This document shows, piece after piece, positions 1 to 9,887 of a stretch of 64,000 nt of DNA. Every line of letters begins with the position of its first letter. Positions within the stretch are counted from its first letter, which is position 1. Position numbers and translations under genes: made by a program. The stretch spans positions 2,371-66,370 of the forward strand of contig JBDHIW010000001.1 of the NCBI GenBank assembly GCA_039587215.1. The letters are read 5' to 3'. The DNA comes from Gemmatimonadota bacterium. Its GTDB lineage: Bacteria > Gemmatimonadota > Gemmatimonadetes > Gemmatimonadales > GWC2-71-9. A model generated the notes under the pieces. It was not told the DNA's origin. It saw only the letters and a list, made by a program, of their open reading frames with translations, and did not search any database.

Positions 1-740
1 AGCTCGCGGCGCATGCGGCGATCGCGCTCGCGGTCGCCGGTCTTCTTCCGCGTTCCGGCGATGGGCCGCGACCGGACGGTCCGGCCGTCGGCGTCCGGGT
101 GCACCTCGACGAGCAGTTCGGGAGAGCTGCTGGCGATCTGCCAGTCACCGAAGTCCGCGAACCCCATCCACGGGGACGGGTTGGTGCGGCGCAACCGCAG
201 GTACACGTCCCACCCGCTTCCGGCGAACTGGAACCGCTGCGCGACCGCCAAGTTGACCTGATAGACGTCTCCGGCCGCGATGTGGTTCTTGATCTCCAGA
301 ACCGCGGCGGCGAACGACGACTGAGACAGCGACGACCCGACGATCGTCGCGTCCGCATTGCCGTCCGGTTCGGGCGGATCCGCGTCGGGCAGGACGTCGA
401 TGTCTCCCCCGACGACCCGGTCCGCATCGTCGTCGACGACGATCTCGTGTTCGGGCTCGAAGAAGTCCGCGAACGGCTGCTCCAGGTCGGGTCGATGCAG
501 TTGAGCGCTACTGGGCAAGCCGGCCTCATAGCCCAACAGTCCGTACACCGGCCCACGACCGGCCTCTATCCAGCGCCAGAGCTGGTCGGGATCTCCCCCC
601 CACGGTACGCGGCACCGCCGCTGAGCGCCCCAGGCGAGGCGGACGGTCCCGCCCTTGCCCGCCCCTCCCTCCAAAAAGACGAGCGGCCGCGGCAGAGCCG
701 CGACCGCCGCCAGCATCCGGTCCGAAAGCCGAGCAGGCAC
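1..740 (-). CDS. Chorismate-utilising enzyme, N-terminal part (aminodeoxychorismate synthase component I / anthranilate synthase component I family); continues beyond the window edge
   Basis: Absent from the ORF track because it has no stop inside the window. My hand translation of the minus strand from GTG at 740 (alternative ATG at 716) stays open to position 1. It reads ...GDVYQVNLAVAQRF...NPSPWMGFADFGDWQIASSSPELLVEV...RSRPIAGTRKK, which are typical chorismate-binding-enzyme motifs. It lies 7 nt downstream of gpmA on the same strand. Confidence 0.7.
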   Translation of the reverse strand, partial: MPARLSDRMLAAVAALPRPLVFLEGGAGKGGTVRLAWGAQRRCRVPWGGDPDQLWRWIEAGRGPVYGLLGYEAGLPSSAQLHRPDLEQPFADFFEPEHEIVVDDDADRVVGGDIDVLPDADPPEPDGNADATIVGSSLSQSSFAAAVLEIKNHIAAGDVYQVNLAVAQRFQFAGSGWDVYLRLRRTNPSPWMGFADFGDWQIASSSPELLVEVHPDADGRTVRSRPIAGTRKKTGDRERDRRMRRE

Positions 741-747
741 CTCTACC

Positions 748-1494
748 TCACCGGGCTTTGCCCTGCGCCGCCACTGCCGCCTGGGCGGCCTGCACAGCCT
801 CGGCGTCCCCGAGGTAGAAACTCCGAATCGGCATCAGCTCGTCCGTGAGTTCGTAGACCAGCGGGATGCCCGTAGGAATGTTGAGCCCGACGATGTCATC
901 ATCGGCGATGCCGTCCAAGTGCTTCACGAGAGCCCGCAGGCTGTTGCCGTGCGCGGCCACCAACACCCGCTGGCCATCCGCGACGGCCGGCGCGATCGTC
1001 TCGTGCCAGTAGGGAAGCATCCGAGCCACGGTGTCTTGGAGGCACTCGGCCAGCGGGAGCTCTTCCTCGCTCAGCGAGGCATAGCGGGGATCGCCGCCCG
1101 GGTAGCGGTCGTCCTCCGGCGTCAGCGCCGGCGGACGGGTCGAGTAGCTCCGTCGCCAAATCTTGACCTGGTCCTCCCCGTGCTGCTCCGCCGTTTCGGC
1201 CTTGTTGAGGCCCTGAAGCGCCCCATAGTGGCGCTCGTTGAGCCGCCAATCATTGTGAACGGGAATCCACATGAGGTCCATCTCTTCCAGAGCAAGCCAC
1301 AGCGTCTTGATCGCGCGGCGGAGCACCGACGTGTAAGCCACGTCGAACGCATAGCCCTCGTTGCGGAGCGTCCGCCCGGCTGTCCGAGCTTCATCCACCC
1401 CCCGCTCGCTCAGATCGACGTCCGTCCAGCCCGTGAACCGGTTCTCCCGGTTCCAGACGCTCTCACCGTGACGCAGCAGCACCAAACGTTTCAT
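748..1494 (-). CDS. gpmA: 2,3-bisphosphoglycerate-dependent phosphoglycerate mutase
   Basis: 248 aa. N-terminus is [29 protein letters not shown] (RHGE catalytic His motif), and the length is typical of dPGM. Confidence 0.95.
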   Translation of the reverse strand: MKRLVLLRHGESVWNRENRFTGWTDVDLSERGVDEARTAGRTLRNEGYAFDVAYTSVLRRAIKTLWLALEEMDLMWIPVHNDWRLNERHYGALQGLNKAETAEQHGEDQVKIWRRSYSTRPPALTPEDDRYPGGDPRYASLSEEELPLAECLQDTVARMLPYWHETIAPAVADGQRVLVAAHGNSLRALVKHLDGIADDDIVGLNIPTGIPLVYELTDELMPIRSFYLGDAEAVQAAQAAVAAQGKAR

Positions 1495-1732
1495 AATGCA
1501 ACCTCTGGGGAGTGTTCTCGACGACCCTCTCGATCGGGTTTCTAGCGGCCTAACGGCTTGGCGATTCGAAGGTTAGTGGGCCCCTCGGGCGGCAGCAACA
1601 CCGGCGCACCCGGACGGGCAGACAACCTTTCCGGCGATCCGGGCATCTAAGGGAACGAAACCGTCGCCACTCACGTTCGTAGGGGACTGCACGCGTCGAC
1701 CTCACGGCGCCGACTGATGGAGAGCACCTACC

Positions 1733-4414
1733 ATGGACTGTCTGCGAAGCGCTACCCGGATCGCCATCGCGAGCGCAGGACTCGCGACCATCATCACCAC
1801 AGCCGCGCCGGCACAGGATGGCCGGGGCGGTTCGGCATTTGCGAGCCGTGCGATCACGCGCACCCCCGCGGCCTTTGCCGCGCGGGCGGCGGAGGGTACG
1901 CCCCGACTCGACGGGAAGCTGGATGAAGCGATCTGGCAGGAGGCTATGCCGATCTCCGATTTCACCCAGCGCGATCCCGACGAGGGGGCACCCGGGACCG
2001 AGCGGACTGAGGCACGCGTGCTGTTCACGGACGACGCGCTGTACGTCGGCATCCGCGCGTGGGACTCGCAGGCAGACGAGATCGTCGGCCACCTGACCCG
2101 ACGCGACGACATGTCGCCGTCGGACTGGCTCGGCGTCGCCATCGACTCGTACCACGACCGTCGGACCGCGTTCTACTTCAGCGTGAACGCGGCCGGGGTG
2201 AAGCGGGACATCTACTTCTACGACGACAACAACGAAGACGCGTCCTGGGACGCGGTCTGGGACGTGGCCACGTCGCGGGACCCCGACGGCTGGACCGCGG
2301 AGTTCAAGATCCCGTTCAGTCAGCTCCGTTTCGGAGCCGACGACACCCAGTTGTGGGGCTTCAACGTCTACCGCCGGATCAACCGTCTCAACGAGGAGCA
2401 GTATTGGCGCGTCCCGCCGAAAGACCAGACGGGCGTGGTCTCCCGCTTCGGCAACTTGGTGGGGCTGGACGGCATCAAGCCGCCCCGGCGGGCCGAGATC
2501 ATGCCGTACGTGTCGGGCTCGAGCGCGTGGACGCCCGGTGAAGCGGGCAACCCGTTCGCCACCGGAACCGACCGGACCGCGGCGTTGGGCGCCGACCTCA
2601 AGCTGGGCGTGACCTCCAATCTCACGTTGTCGGCGACCGTGAACCCGGACTTCGGTCAGGTCGAAGCCGACCCGGCCGTAGTGAACCTCTCGGCGTTCGA
2701 GAGCTTCTTCCCGGAGAAGCGCCCCTTCTTCAACGAGGGCCTCGACATCTTCCGGTTCCCGATCGGCTTGGGTGACGGCGACGGCTCTGCCGAGTCGCTC
2801 TTCTATACGCGACGGATCGGGCGGGCCCCGCAGGCGTGGGCCGACGCCCGCGGCGGGTACGCGGAGTCGATCGACCACACGACGATCCTCGGCGCCGCCA
2901 AGCTGTCCGGCAAGACCGCCAGCGGCTGGACGATCGGCCTGCTCGGGTCGCTCACGGCACAGGAAGAGGCGCGGGTCGTCGATATCGACGGCGGGGAGCA
3001 CCTCGATATCGTTGAGCCGCGGACCTCGTACGTCGTGGGGCGCCTGGCGCGCGACTTCAGGCGCGGACGGACGCAGGTCGGGGTGTTCGGAACGGCCATG
3101 AACCGCAACCTGCCGGACGATCTGCAGTGGCTGCGGGGCTCCGCCTACACCGGCGGCCTCAATTTCACGCATCGCTTCCTCGACGATGGCTGGGTGGCGG
3201 AGGGCTGGGTCGTCGGGAGCCACGTACGCGGTTCCGAGGAAGCGATCGACATCACACAGCGTTCGTCGGCCCGGTACTACCAGCGTCCCGACGCGACGCA
3301 CCTGACATACGACCCGACCCGCACGTCGCTGAACGGGTTCGCGGGCCAGTTCAACATCACCAAGGTGAGCGGCAACTGGCGCTTCGCCACCGGCGTGGAC
3401 ACGCGCTCGCCGGGCTTCGAAGTGAACGACATCGGCTTCCAGCGGGACGCCGACCGGACCTTCAGCTACATCTGGATCAACCGGCGCTGGCTGCAGCCCG
3501 GCGCGGTCTTCCGGAACTTCAACATCAATTTCAACGCCTGGGGCGGCTGGAACTACGGCGGGGACGTCGTGGGCCGTGGCGGGAACGTCAACTTCAACTG
3601 GCAGTTCCTGAACTACTGGCGCGGGTTCATGGGCGTGAACCGCGAGACCTCCGCGCTTTCAGACGGGTCGCTGCGCGGCGGGCCCGCCTTCATCCGGCCC
3701 GGAGCCTGGAACGCCTGGCTCGGTCTGATGACGGACCCCCGCAAGACGATCCGGTTCGGGGTGAACGTCCAGGGCAGCGTCGGGGACGAAGGGGCCAGCC
3801 GGCGGATTGGCGTGAGCCCCAACGTGTCGTGGCGGCCCGCGACCAACCTGGACTTCATGTTGGCGCCGTCCTTCATGCAGATGTCGACGGCATGGCAGTA
3901 CCTCTTCCGCACCGACGCGCTGGGTGACACCCGCTACGTGTTCGGCGAGCTGGACCAGACCATTGCCCGGATGACGCTGCGCGGCAATGTGACGTTCTCG
4001 CCCACGCTGTCGCTGCAGGTGTACGCGGAGCCCTTCGTTGCCGTGGGTGACTACACTGGATTCAAAGAGGTGGCGAATCCCAGAGCGCAGGCGTTTGACG
4101 ACCGGTTCTCCGCCTACGACGACCAGCAGCTGCTGGACAACGGGAACGGCGGGGTCGACGTCGACCTCGACGCCGACGGCTCCGCGGACTTCGGTATCGG
4201 CAATCCCGACTTCACCGCGCTGTCGTTCCGGTCCAACGTCGTGCTGCGCTGGGAGTTCAATCTGGGCTCCTCCCTGTTCGTGGTGTGGCAGCACGGCCGC
4301 CAGGACTTCACGAATGACTCCCGGTTCCAGGTCGGGTCGAGCATCGCCGACATCTTCCGGGCGCCCGCGAGCAACACGCTGCTGGTGAAGGTGAACTACT
4401 GGCTCGGGCTCTAG
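1733..4414 (+). CDS. Secreted CBM9-like / DUF5916 family protein (putative outer-membrane-associated hydrolase or barrel)
   Basis: 893 aa with a signal peptide. The N-terminal block RLDGKLDEAIWQEAMPISDFTQRDPDEGAPGTERTEARVLFTDDALYVG matches the CBM9/DUF5916 family pattern as I recall it. A long beta-rich C-terminal region follows. Confidence 0.7.
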   Translation: MDCLRSATRIAIASAGLATIITTAAPAQDGRGGSAFASRAITRTPAAFAARAAEGTPRLDGKLDEAIWQEAMPISDFTQRDPDEGAPGTERTEARVLFTDDALYVGIRAWDSQADEIVGHLTRRDDMSPSDWLGVAIDSYHDRRTAFYFSVNAAGVKRDIYFYDDNNEDASWDAVWDVATSRDPDGWTAEFKIPFSQLRFGADDTQLWGFNVYRRINRLNEEQYWRVPPKDQTGVVSRFGNLVGLDGIKPPRRAEIMPYVSGSSAWTPGEAGNPFATGTDRTAALGADLKLGVTSNLTLSATVNPDFGQVEADPAVVNLSAFESFFPEKRPFFNEGLDIFRFPIGLGDGDGSAESLFYTRRIGRAPQAWADARGGYAESIDHTTILGAAKLSGKTASGWTIGLLGSLTAQEEARVVDIDGGEHLDIVEPRTSYVVGRLARDFRRGRTQVGVFGTAMNRNLPDDLQWLRGSAYTGGLNFTHRFLDDGWVAEGWVVGSHVRGSEEAIDITQRSSARYYQRPDATHLTYDPTRTSLNGFAGQFNITKVSGNWRFATGVDTRSPGFEVNDIGFQRDADRTFSYIWINRRWLQPGAVFRNFNINFNAWGGWNYGGDVVGRGGNVNFNWQFLNYWRGFMGVNRETSALSDGSLRGGPAFIRPGAWNAWLGLMTDPRKTIRFGVNVQGSVGDEGASRRIGVSPNVSWRPATNLDFMLAPSFMQMSTAWQYLFRTDALGDTRYVFGELDQTIARMTLRGNVTFSPTLSLQVYAEPFVAVGDYTGFKEVANPRAQAFDDRFSAYDDQQLLDNGNGGVDVDLDADGSADFGIGNPDFTALSFRSNVVLRWEFNLGSSLFVVWQHGRQDFTNDSRFQVGSSIADIFRAPASNTLLVKVNYWLGL

Positions 4415-4438
4415 CGCCCGCCTAGGCAGAGGATCGAC

Positions 4439-4470
4439 GACGCCGGGGGACCGCAGGGTCTCCCGGCGTC
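4439..4470. terminator. Hairpin between convergent genes (putative bidirectional terminator)
   Basis: GACGCCGGGGGA-ccgcaggg-TCTCCCGGCGTC is a 12-bp stem with one mismatch. It sits in the 74-nt gap between the 3' ends of 1733-4414(+) and 4489-4950(-). Confidence 0.5.
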
Positions 4471-4488
4471 GCTGCGTCTACGGTCGGC

Positions 4489-4950
4489 TCAACCCTCGTC
4501 GGCCATCTCGGCGAATCCGACGATCGACCCGCAAGGAGCCCGCACGAAGGTCTCTCGCGCCCCGTAGAACGTCGTTCGCTCGTCGACGATCGCGTCCACG
4601 CCATCGAGGCGCGCCCTGATTTCGTCGAAGCCGGTGACCGAGAAGTACAGCGGGACGCCCGGCGGCGCATCGGGATTGACCAAACCGGGGATGTCCGCCT
4701 CGGCGCTCGCGTAGGTCTGGTACATGACCAGCGCATTGTCGCGCTGCAGCATGACAAATCCGAGCCGGTCGCCCATGGGCACCTCTCCCGTGCGCGTGAA
4801 CTCCAGGCGCTCCTCCCAGAACGCCAGGCACGGCTCGATCGCGTCGACCAGAATGACCGGAGACAGGCTCTTGAACTCCATGGCGGGATCTCCACTCGAA
4901 GGGGCCGCGACGAAGGCGGCGACAAGCACTGCGGCAAGGGACCGGAACAT
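4489..4950 (-). CDS. Secreted VOC (glyoxalase/bleomycin-resistance fold) family protein
   Basis: 153 aa with signal peptide MFRSLAAVLVAAFVAAPSSG. The pattern ILVDAIEPCLAFWEERLEF...GFVMLQRDNALVMY...YFSVTGFDEIRARL is typical of the VOC fold. Confidence 0.55.
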   Translation of the reverse strand: MFRSLAAVLVAAFVAAPSSGDPAMEFKSLSPVILVDAIEPCLAFWEERLEFTRTGEVPMGDRLGFVMLQRDNALVMYQTYASAEADIPGLVNPDAPPGVPLYFSVTGFDEIRARLDGVDAIVDERTTFYGARETFVRAPCGSIVGFAEMADEG

Positions 4951-5055
4951 GGCGCTCCGTCGTGTGGGAAGGCTCGGGGACTCGCTCCACCGTCAATATT
5001 CAGCCGCCGCGGCCCGCACGCTATCTTGCCCTGCACCCCCATGAAGGATTGAACG

Positions 5056-6690
5056 ATGATGAGGACGCGGAAGAGTCTTGCCCTGTACGCCGGGCTCGCG
5101 GCGACGATTGCCTGCGAACCCGCCCCCGACGTCTCCCCCATGCAGGCCAAAGTGGATCAGTACGCGACGGTTCCGCTCACGGCCGACCTGAGCGTGCTCT
5201 CGGACAACGAGCGGCAAATGATCCCGCTGCTGGTCGAGGTGGGCCAGATCATGGACGACCTGTTCTGGCATCAGGCGTACGGGAACCGCGATTCGCTCCT
5301 CGAGGCCCTCACCGACCCGGCGGCGCGGCGCTATGCGGAGATCAACTACGGGGTGTGGGACCGGCTGGCGGGCAACGAGCCCTTCCTGCCCGAGGTGGGC
5401 CCCAAACCCGCAGGCGCCAATCTCTACCCGACGGACGCGACGAAGGAGGAGGTGGAAGCCGCTGCCGCCCAGGATCCGGCTCTGCTCGACCTCTACACGA
5501 TCGTGCGGCGCGATGCCGAGGGCCGTCTCGTCGCCCTGCCGTATCACGAGGTATTCGCTGACCAGCTGACGCGCGCCGCCGCGCTGCTGGGGGAGGCGGC
5601 GGCACTGGCCGAGGATCCCGGGCTGCGCACGTATCTCGAGCTTCGGGCCGAGGCCCTGATCACCGGCGAGTACCGCGCGAGCGACATGGCCTGGATGGAC
5701 ATGAAGAACAATCGCATCGAGGTCGTGGTCGGCCCGATCGAGAGCTACGAGGACCAGTTGTTCGGCGCCAAGGCCTCGTTCGAGACGTTCGTGCTGCTCA
5801 AGGACATGGAGTGGAGCGACCGGCTGTCGCGCTTCGCCCAGTACCTGCCGGACCTCCAGCGCGGACTGCCCGTCCCCGACGCGTACAAGGCCGAGATGCC
5901 CGGGAGTGATTCCGACCTCAACGCGTACGACGCGGTCTACTACGCGGGCGACGCGAACGCGGGCTCCAAGACCATCGCGATCAACCTGCCCAACGACGAG
6001 GCGGTGCAGCTGGCCAAAGGCACACGCCGGCTGCAGCTCAAGAATTCGATGCGCGCCAAGTTCGACGAGATTCTGGTCCCCCTGAGCGACGTGCTCATCG
6101 CCGAGGATCAGCGAGAGTACGTCACGTTCGATGCGTTTTTCGCCAATACGATGTTTCACGAAGTGGCGCACGGTCTCGGCGTGAAGAACACGATCGACGG
6201 TCGCGGCACGGTGCGCGAAGCGCTGCAGGAGACGGCCTCCTCGCTCGAGGAGGGGAAGGCGGACATCCTCGGCCTCTACATGATCACGTGGCTGCGGGAG
6301 CAGGGAGCCATCGAACAAGGGAGGCTCGAGGACAACTACGTCACGTTCCTCGCCAGCATCTTCCGCTCGGTGCGCTTCGGGGCATCCAGCGCCCATGGCC
6401 GGGCGAACATGATCCGGTTCAACTTCTTCAAGGAGCGCGGCGCGTTCTCGCGCGACGACGCAACCGGGACCTACCGGGTCGACTTCGACGGAATGGCCGA
6501 CGCCATGCGGGCACTCTCGGAGCTGATCGTCACCCTCCAGGGCGACGGCAACTACGACGGCGTGCGGGAGCTGATCGACACGATGGGAGCGATCGGCCCC
6601 GATCTGCAGAGCGACCTGGACCGGCTCGCCGACGCGGGTATTCCCGTCGACATCGTCTTCGAGCAGGGGCTGGATGTGATGGACCGCTGA
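5056..6690 (+). CDS. DPP3-like (peptidase M49-related) zinc hydrolase, probable lipoprotein
   Basis: 544 aa with a lipobox-like LAATIAC. It carries the zinc motif HEVAHGLG plus a second motif EEGKADILG, the pairing seen in the DPP III-like family. Confidence 0.7.
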   Translation: MMRTRKSLALYAGLAATIACEPAPDVSPMQAKVDQYATVPLTADLSVLSDNERQMIPLLVEVGQIMDDLFWHQAYGNRDSLLEALTDPAARRYAEINYGVWDRLAGNEPFLPEVGPKPAGANLYPTDATKEEVEAAAAQDPALLDLYTIVRRDAEGRLVALPYHEVFADQLTRAAALLGEAAALAEDPGLRTYLELRAEALITGEYRASDMAWMDMKNNRIEVVVGPIESYEDQLFGAKASFETFVLLKDMEWSDRLSRFAQYLPDLQRGLPVPDAYKAEMPGSDSDLNAYDAVYYAGDANAGSKTIAINLPNDEAVQLAKGTRRLQLKNSMRAKFDEILVPLSDVLIAEDQREYVTFDAFFANTMFHEVAHGLGVKNTIDGRGTVREALQETASSLEEGKADILGLYMITWLREQGAIEQGRLEDNYVTFLASIFRSVRFGASSAHGRANMIRFNFFKERGAFSRDDATGTYRVDFDGMADAMRALSELIVTLQGDGNYDGVRELIDTMGAIGPDLQSDLDRLADAGIPVDIVFEQGLDVMDR

Positions 6691-6772
6691 CCGACTTCGG
6701 GGGGTCCGAACGCACGACGGCGGTGGCGGCCCACGTGGCCGCCACCGCCGTCGCCTTTCAGCCGGGCGCCGC

Positions 6773-7522
6773 TCAGCGGTTCTTGATCTCGACCCTCACC
6801 GACGACACCTCGTCGGCCGCGGCTTCGATCTCGATCTGCGCCTCTTCCATGGCGGCGCGCGCCTCTTCGAGCGCCTTCTGCACTTCCGCGTTGATCTTGT
6901 CCACGTCCACGTTCACCTCGATGCGCTGCCCGCGAACGCTGCGAAGCTCCCGTCGGAGGTTGGTGCGCAGCTCTTCGCGCATCGCCCGGAGCTCCGTCTT
7001 CAGATCCGAGCAGGCATCGGCGCCCGCATCACCCATGTGCCCGCAGGGCGCATGGGCCGCATCCAGGTACAGCGCCGCCTGGTGGCCGATGTTCTCGAAC
7101 ACGACCGACCCGAACCGCACGAGCCCGGCTTCCGCCGCCTCGGCGGCCGTCACACAGTGCACCGCATTCCGGTACCCCATGGGTCCGGAGCGCTCGAACG
7201 CCTCCGGATCGAACCGGAACGAGCAGCCGGCATGCTCCCCGAGCCCGTCGGCTCCGGGTTTGACCAGGACCAGCAGGCTGTCCACGGCCCCCGGTTCCGC
7301 GCGCTGGACCACGACGGTCTGGAGCTTCCCGACGTTGTGGCCGTCCACGTACATGGGCAGGAAGCCCACGTTCAGGGCAACCGGGTCTGAGCTGTGCTCG
7401 AGCTCGTACGACCAGTTCTCGATGGTGTGCTTGATGTCCCGGACCTCGCCGGCCCCCCTCGTGATCGCGAGGCCCCCGAGAACGACCAGCGGGGCGACAA
7501 TGGCGATGAATGCTCTCTTCAT
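6773..7522 (-). CDS. Hypothetical membrane-anchored/secreted protein with C-terminal coiled coil
   Basis: 249 aa with an N-terminal hydrophobic segment (MKRAFIAIVAPLVVLGGLAI), four Cys, and a charged heptad-like C-terminal third (ELRAMREELRTNLRRELR...EEARAAMEEAQIEIEAAADE). I recognise no family. Confidence 0.6.
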   Translation of the reverse strand: MKRAFIAIVAPLVVLGGLAITRGAGEVRDIKHTIENWSYELEHSSDPVALNVGFLPMYVDGHNVGKLQTVVVQRAEPGAVDSLLVLVKPGADGLGEHAGCSFRFDPEAFERSGPMGYRNAVHCVTAAEAAEAGLVRFGSVVFENIGHQAALYLDAAHAPCGHMGDAGADACSDLKTELRAMREELRTNLRRELRSVRGQRIEVNVDVDKINAEVQKALEEARAAMEEAQIEIEAAADEVSSVRVEIKNR

Positions 7523-7704
7523 GATGAACCTTCCGGAGTCGGTACGTCGTGTCTCGCCTCACTACGGACCCGGCCGCCCGAGGGTTTCGACCTGCCAACC
7601 CCTCGCACTCGCTCGCCGGGGACCATCCTGGGCCTCCACCATTCCCTAGCCGAACCGCTTGGCGGACGGCATCTTATGGCCTGTCCTCACCCCAGGAGTC
7701 GGCC

Positions 7705-8820
7705 GTGAAGCGACGGGCGTTCTTCCAAACCGGGCTCGCCGCCGGTCTCGTCGGAGCAGGCATGGGTGATCCCGCCGCGCTCCTCGCCCGCCCACGGCGG
7801 CAGGACGGCGGCATCCGGCTGCATTCCAACGAAAACCCCCTGGGCGTCGGGCCGAAAGCCCGACAGGCGGTCACGGACGAGCTGCAAACAGGCCACCAGT
7901 ACCCGCGGGCGCTTCGGGAAGCCCTGACCGGACGACTTGCCGAGCACCACGGCGTCCCGGTGGAAGCGATCGTTCTCGGCGCCGGCTCGACGGAGATTCT
8001 TCGGGTCGCCGTGCAGGCGCTGGGCATGCAGGCCGACCGGATCGTCATCGCCGAGCCGACCTTCGAGGATTCCTGGCGCTACGCGCGGATCGCCCCGACG
8101 CCGGTCCAGGCGCTCCCCCTGCGCGCCGACATGTCGCACGACGTGCCGCGGATGCGCGCGGCCGCGGACCGCGCCGACGGGCCCGTCGTGGTCTTTCTGT
8201 GCAATCCCAACAACCCCACGGGCACGATCACGCCGAGCGCCGAGATCGACGAGTGGATCGCCGCGGCACCGGACGATCACTTTTTCCTGGTCGACGAGGC
8301 CTACTTCGACTTCGTCGAGTCGCCGGCCTACCACACGGCGATCCGTTGGACGGGTGATCGCCGCAACGTGCTGGTGGTGCGGACGTTCTCCAAGGTGTAC
8401 GGCATGGCGGGACTGCGGCTCGGGTACGGCATCGCCCACCCCGAACTCGCCGCACGGTTCGAGGGATGGCTCACGCGCAACAACGGCAATCAGCTCGCGC
8501 TGGCGGCCGCGCTCGCAAGCCTCGAAGACCGGGCGTTCGTGGAGCGCAGCCTCGGCGTCAATCGGCAGGCCCGGCAGATCGCCCACGAGTGCCTGGACGA
8601 GCTCGGGTTGGCGTACCTCCCGTCGCACACCAACTTCCTGATGCACCGCATTCGGGGAGACCACGACGCATACCGCGAGCGGATGCGGACGCACGGTCTC
8701 CTCGTGGGCCGGCAGTTCCCGCCGATGACGACGTACAACCGATTATCCATGGGTCTCGCTTCGGAGATGACGCAATGGGCAGAGACGCTTCGTATGTTTC
8801 GACGCGAGGGGTGGGTATGA
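7705..8820 (+). CDS. Class I/II PLP aminotransferase (histidinol-phosphate aminotransferase family) with twin-arginine signal
   Basis: I prefer the GTG start at 7705, preceded by AGGAG 7 nt upstream. N-terminus is VKRRAFFQTGLAAGLVGAG (Tat-like). Motifs LHSNENPLG, FLCNPNNPTG and FSKVYGMAGLRLGY (PLP lysine) are present. The track ORF begins at 7549. Confidence 0.85.
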   Translation: MKRRAFFQTGLAAGLVGAGMGDPAALLARPRRQDGGIRLHSNENPLGVGPKARQAVTDELQTGHQYPRALREALTGRLAEHHGVPVEAIVLGAGSTEILRVAVQALGMQADRIVIAEPTFEDSWRYARIAPTPVQALPLRADMSHDVPRMRAAADRADGPVVVFLCNPNNPTGTITPSAEIDEWIAAAPDDHFFLVDEAYFDFVESPAYHTAIRWTGDRRNVLVVRTFSKVYGMAGLRLGYGIAHPELAARFEGWLTRNNGNQLALAAALASLEDRAFVERSLGVNRQARQIAHECLDELGLAYLPSHTNFLMHRIRGDHDAYRERMRTHGLLVGRQFPPMTTYNRLSMGLASEMTQWAETLRMFRREGWV

Positions 8821-9887
8821 GACACGCAGTCGCGCTCGTGTTGACGCTCGCGTTGGGCGTCCCGGCCGCCGCCACCGGACAGGAGTGGGATCAGGGCGAG
8901 ACGCGTCCACCGCGTCCGCTGTTCTCCTCGGACGACCTCCTCACGATCACGTTCCGGGGCGCGTTCCGCGAACTGGACCGGGACAAGAACCGCGAGAACG
9001 AGGAACGCCCCGCCGAGATGATCGTACACGGCGACGGCGATGCCGCGGACACGTTCGCGGTCGACATCCGTGCCCGTGGAAAGTTCAGGCGCAGCCACTG
9101 TCGCTTCCCTCCGATCCGGCTCGACTTCAAGACCGGTGACATGGAGGGCACCCTCTTCGAGGGCATGAACCGGGTCAAGCTCGTGACGCACTGCGATCCG
9201 CGGCGGGACGTGTACGAGGAGTATGTCCTGCAGGAGTACCTGATCTATCGGGCGTTCAACCTCGTGTCCGACCTCAGCTTCCGTGCCCGGCTCGCGCGCG
9301 TCACCTACGTCGACACGGGTGAGGACGACCGCGAGGTCACCAAGTACGCCTTCATGATCGAGCCGAAGGAGGAGCTCGCGGAACGCAACGGCTGGGACGT
9401 GGTAGAGGCGCCGGTGATCCCGCCGGGCGCCGTCGAGCCCGAGATGACGGCTCTCGTCGAGATGTTCATGTACTTCATCGCGAACACCGACTGGGATCCG
9501 TTCATGTCGGCGCCCGACGAAGATTTCTGCTGTCACAACATCCAGCCGATCGGCCGCGGCTACGGGCCGGTATTCCCGGTCCCCTACGACTTCGACTTCT
9601 CGGGCGTCATCAACACGCGCTACGCGGTCCCCGATCAGTCGCTGGATATCCGCTCGGTGCGGGACCGCCTGTACCGCGGCCTCTGCCGGCCCATCGAGGC
9701 GCTCCAGCCGGTGTTCGACCGGTTCAACGAACTCCGTCCGGAGATCGAGGCGCTCTATCGATCGCAGGAAGGCCTCGAGGAACGGACCGTCGAGCGGACG
9801 CTCGACTTCTACGAGCGCTTCTACGAGACGATCAACGACCCGCGTCGCGCCGATCGGGCGTTCGTGCGGCAGTGCCGGGGAGTCTGA
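8817..9887 (+). CDS. Secreted hypothetical protein, possibly CotH-like atypical kinase fold
   Basis: ATG at 8817 overlaps the upstream stop (ATGA). Signal peptide is MRHAVALVLTLALGVPAAATG. The motif order IRARGKFRRSHCRFPPIRLDFK / NRVKLVTHCD / YAFMIEPKEE / IANTDWD / PVPYDFDFSG resembles the CotH family profile. The CDS call is solid; the family call is tentative. Confidence 0.6.
   Translation: MRHAVALVLTLALGVPAAATGQEWDQGETRPPRPLFSSDDLLTITFRGAFRELDRDKNRENEERPAEMIVHGDGDAADTFAVDIRARGKFRRSHCRFPPIRLDFKTGDMEGTLFEGMNRVKLVTHCDPRRDVYEEYVLQEYLIYRAFNLVSDLSFRARLARVTYVDTGEDDREVTKYAFMIEPKEELAERNGWDVVEAPVIPPGAVEPEMTALVEMFMYFIANTDWDPFMSAPDEDFCCHNIQPIGRGYGPVFPVPYDFDFSGVINTRYAVPDQSLDIRSVRDRLYRGLCRPIEALQPVFDRFNELRPEIEALYRSQEGLEERTVERTLDFYERFYETINDPRRADRAFVRQCRGV

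Noticed and set aside
99-848. Plus-strand ORFs at the window start (13-261, 99-848, 655-1545).
   Set aside because: The minus strand over 1-740 translates without stops into clear chorismate-binding-enzyme motifs, and 748-1494 is gpmA. The plus-strand ORFs are therefore shadows.
1495-1732. The 238-nt divergent intergenic region between gpmA and the DUF5916 gene, inspected for a riboswitch or sRNA.
   Set aside because: It contains only short, scattered inverted repeats such as CCCGGA...TCCGGG. I recognised no conserved riboswitch core, and the evidence is insufficient for any RNA call.
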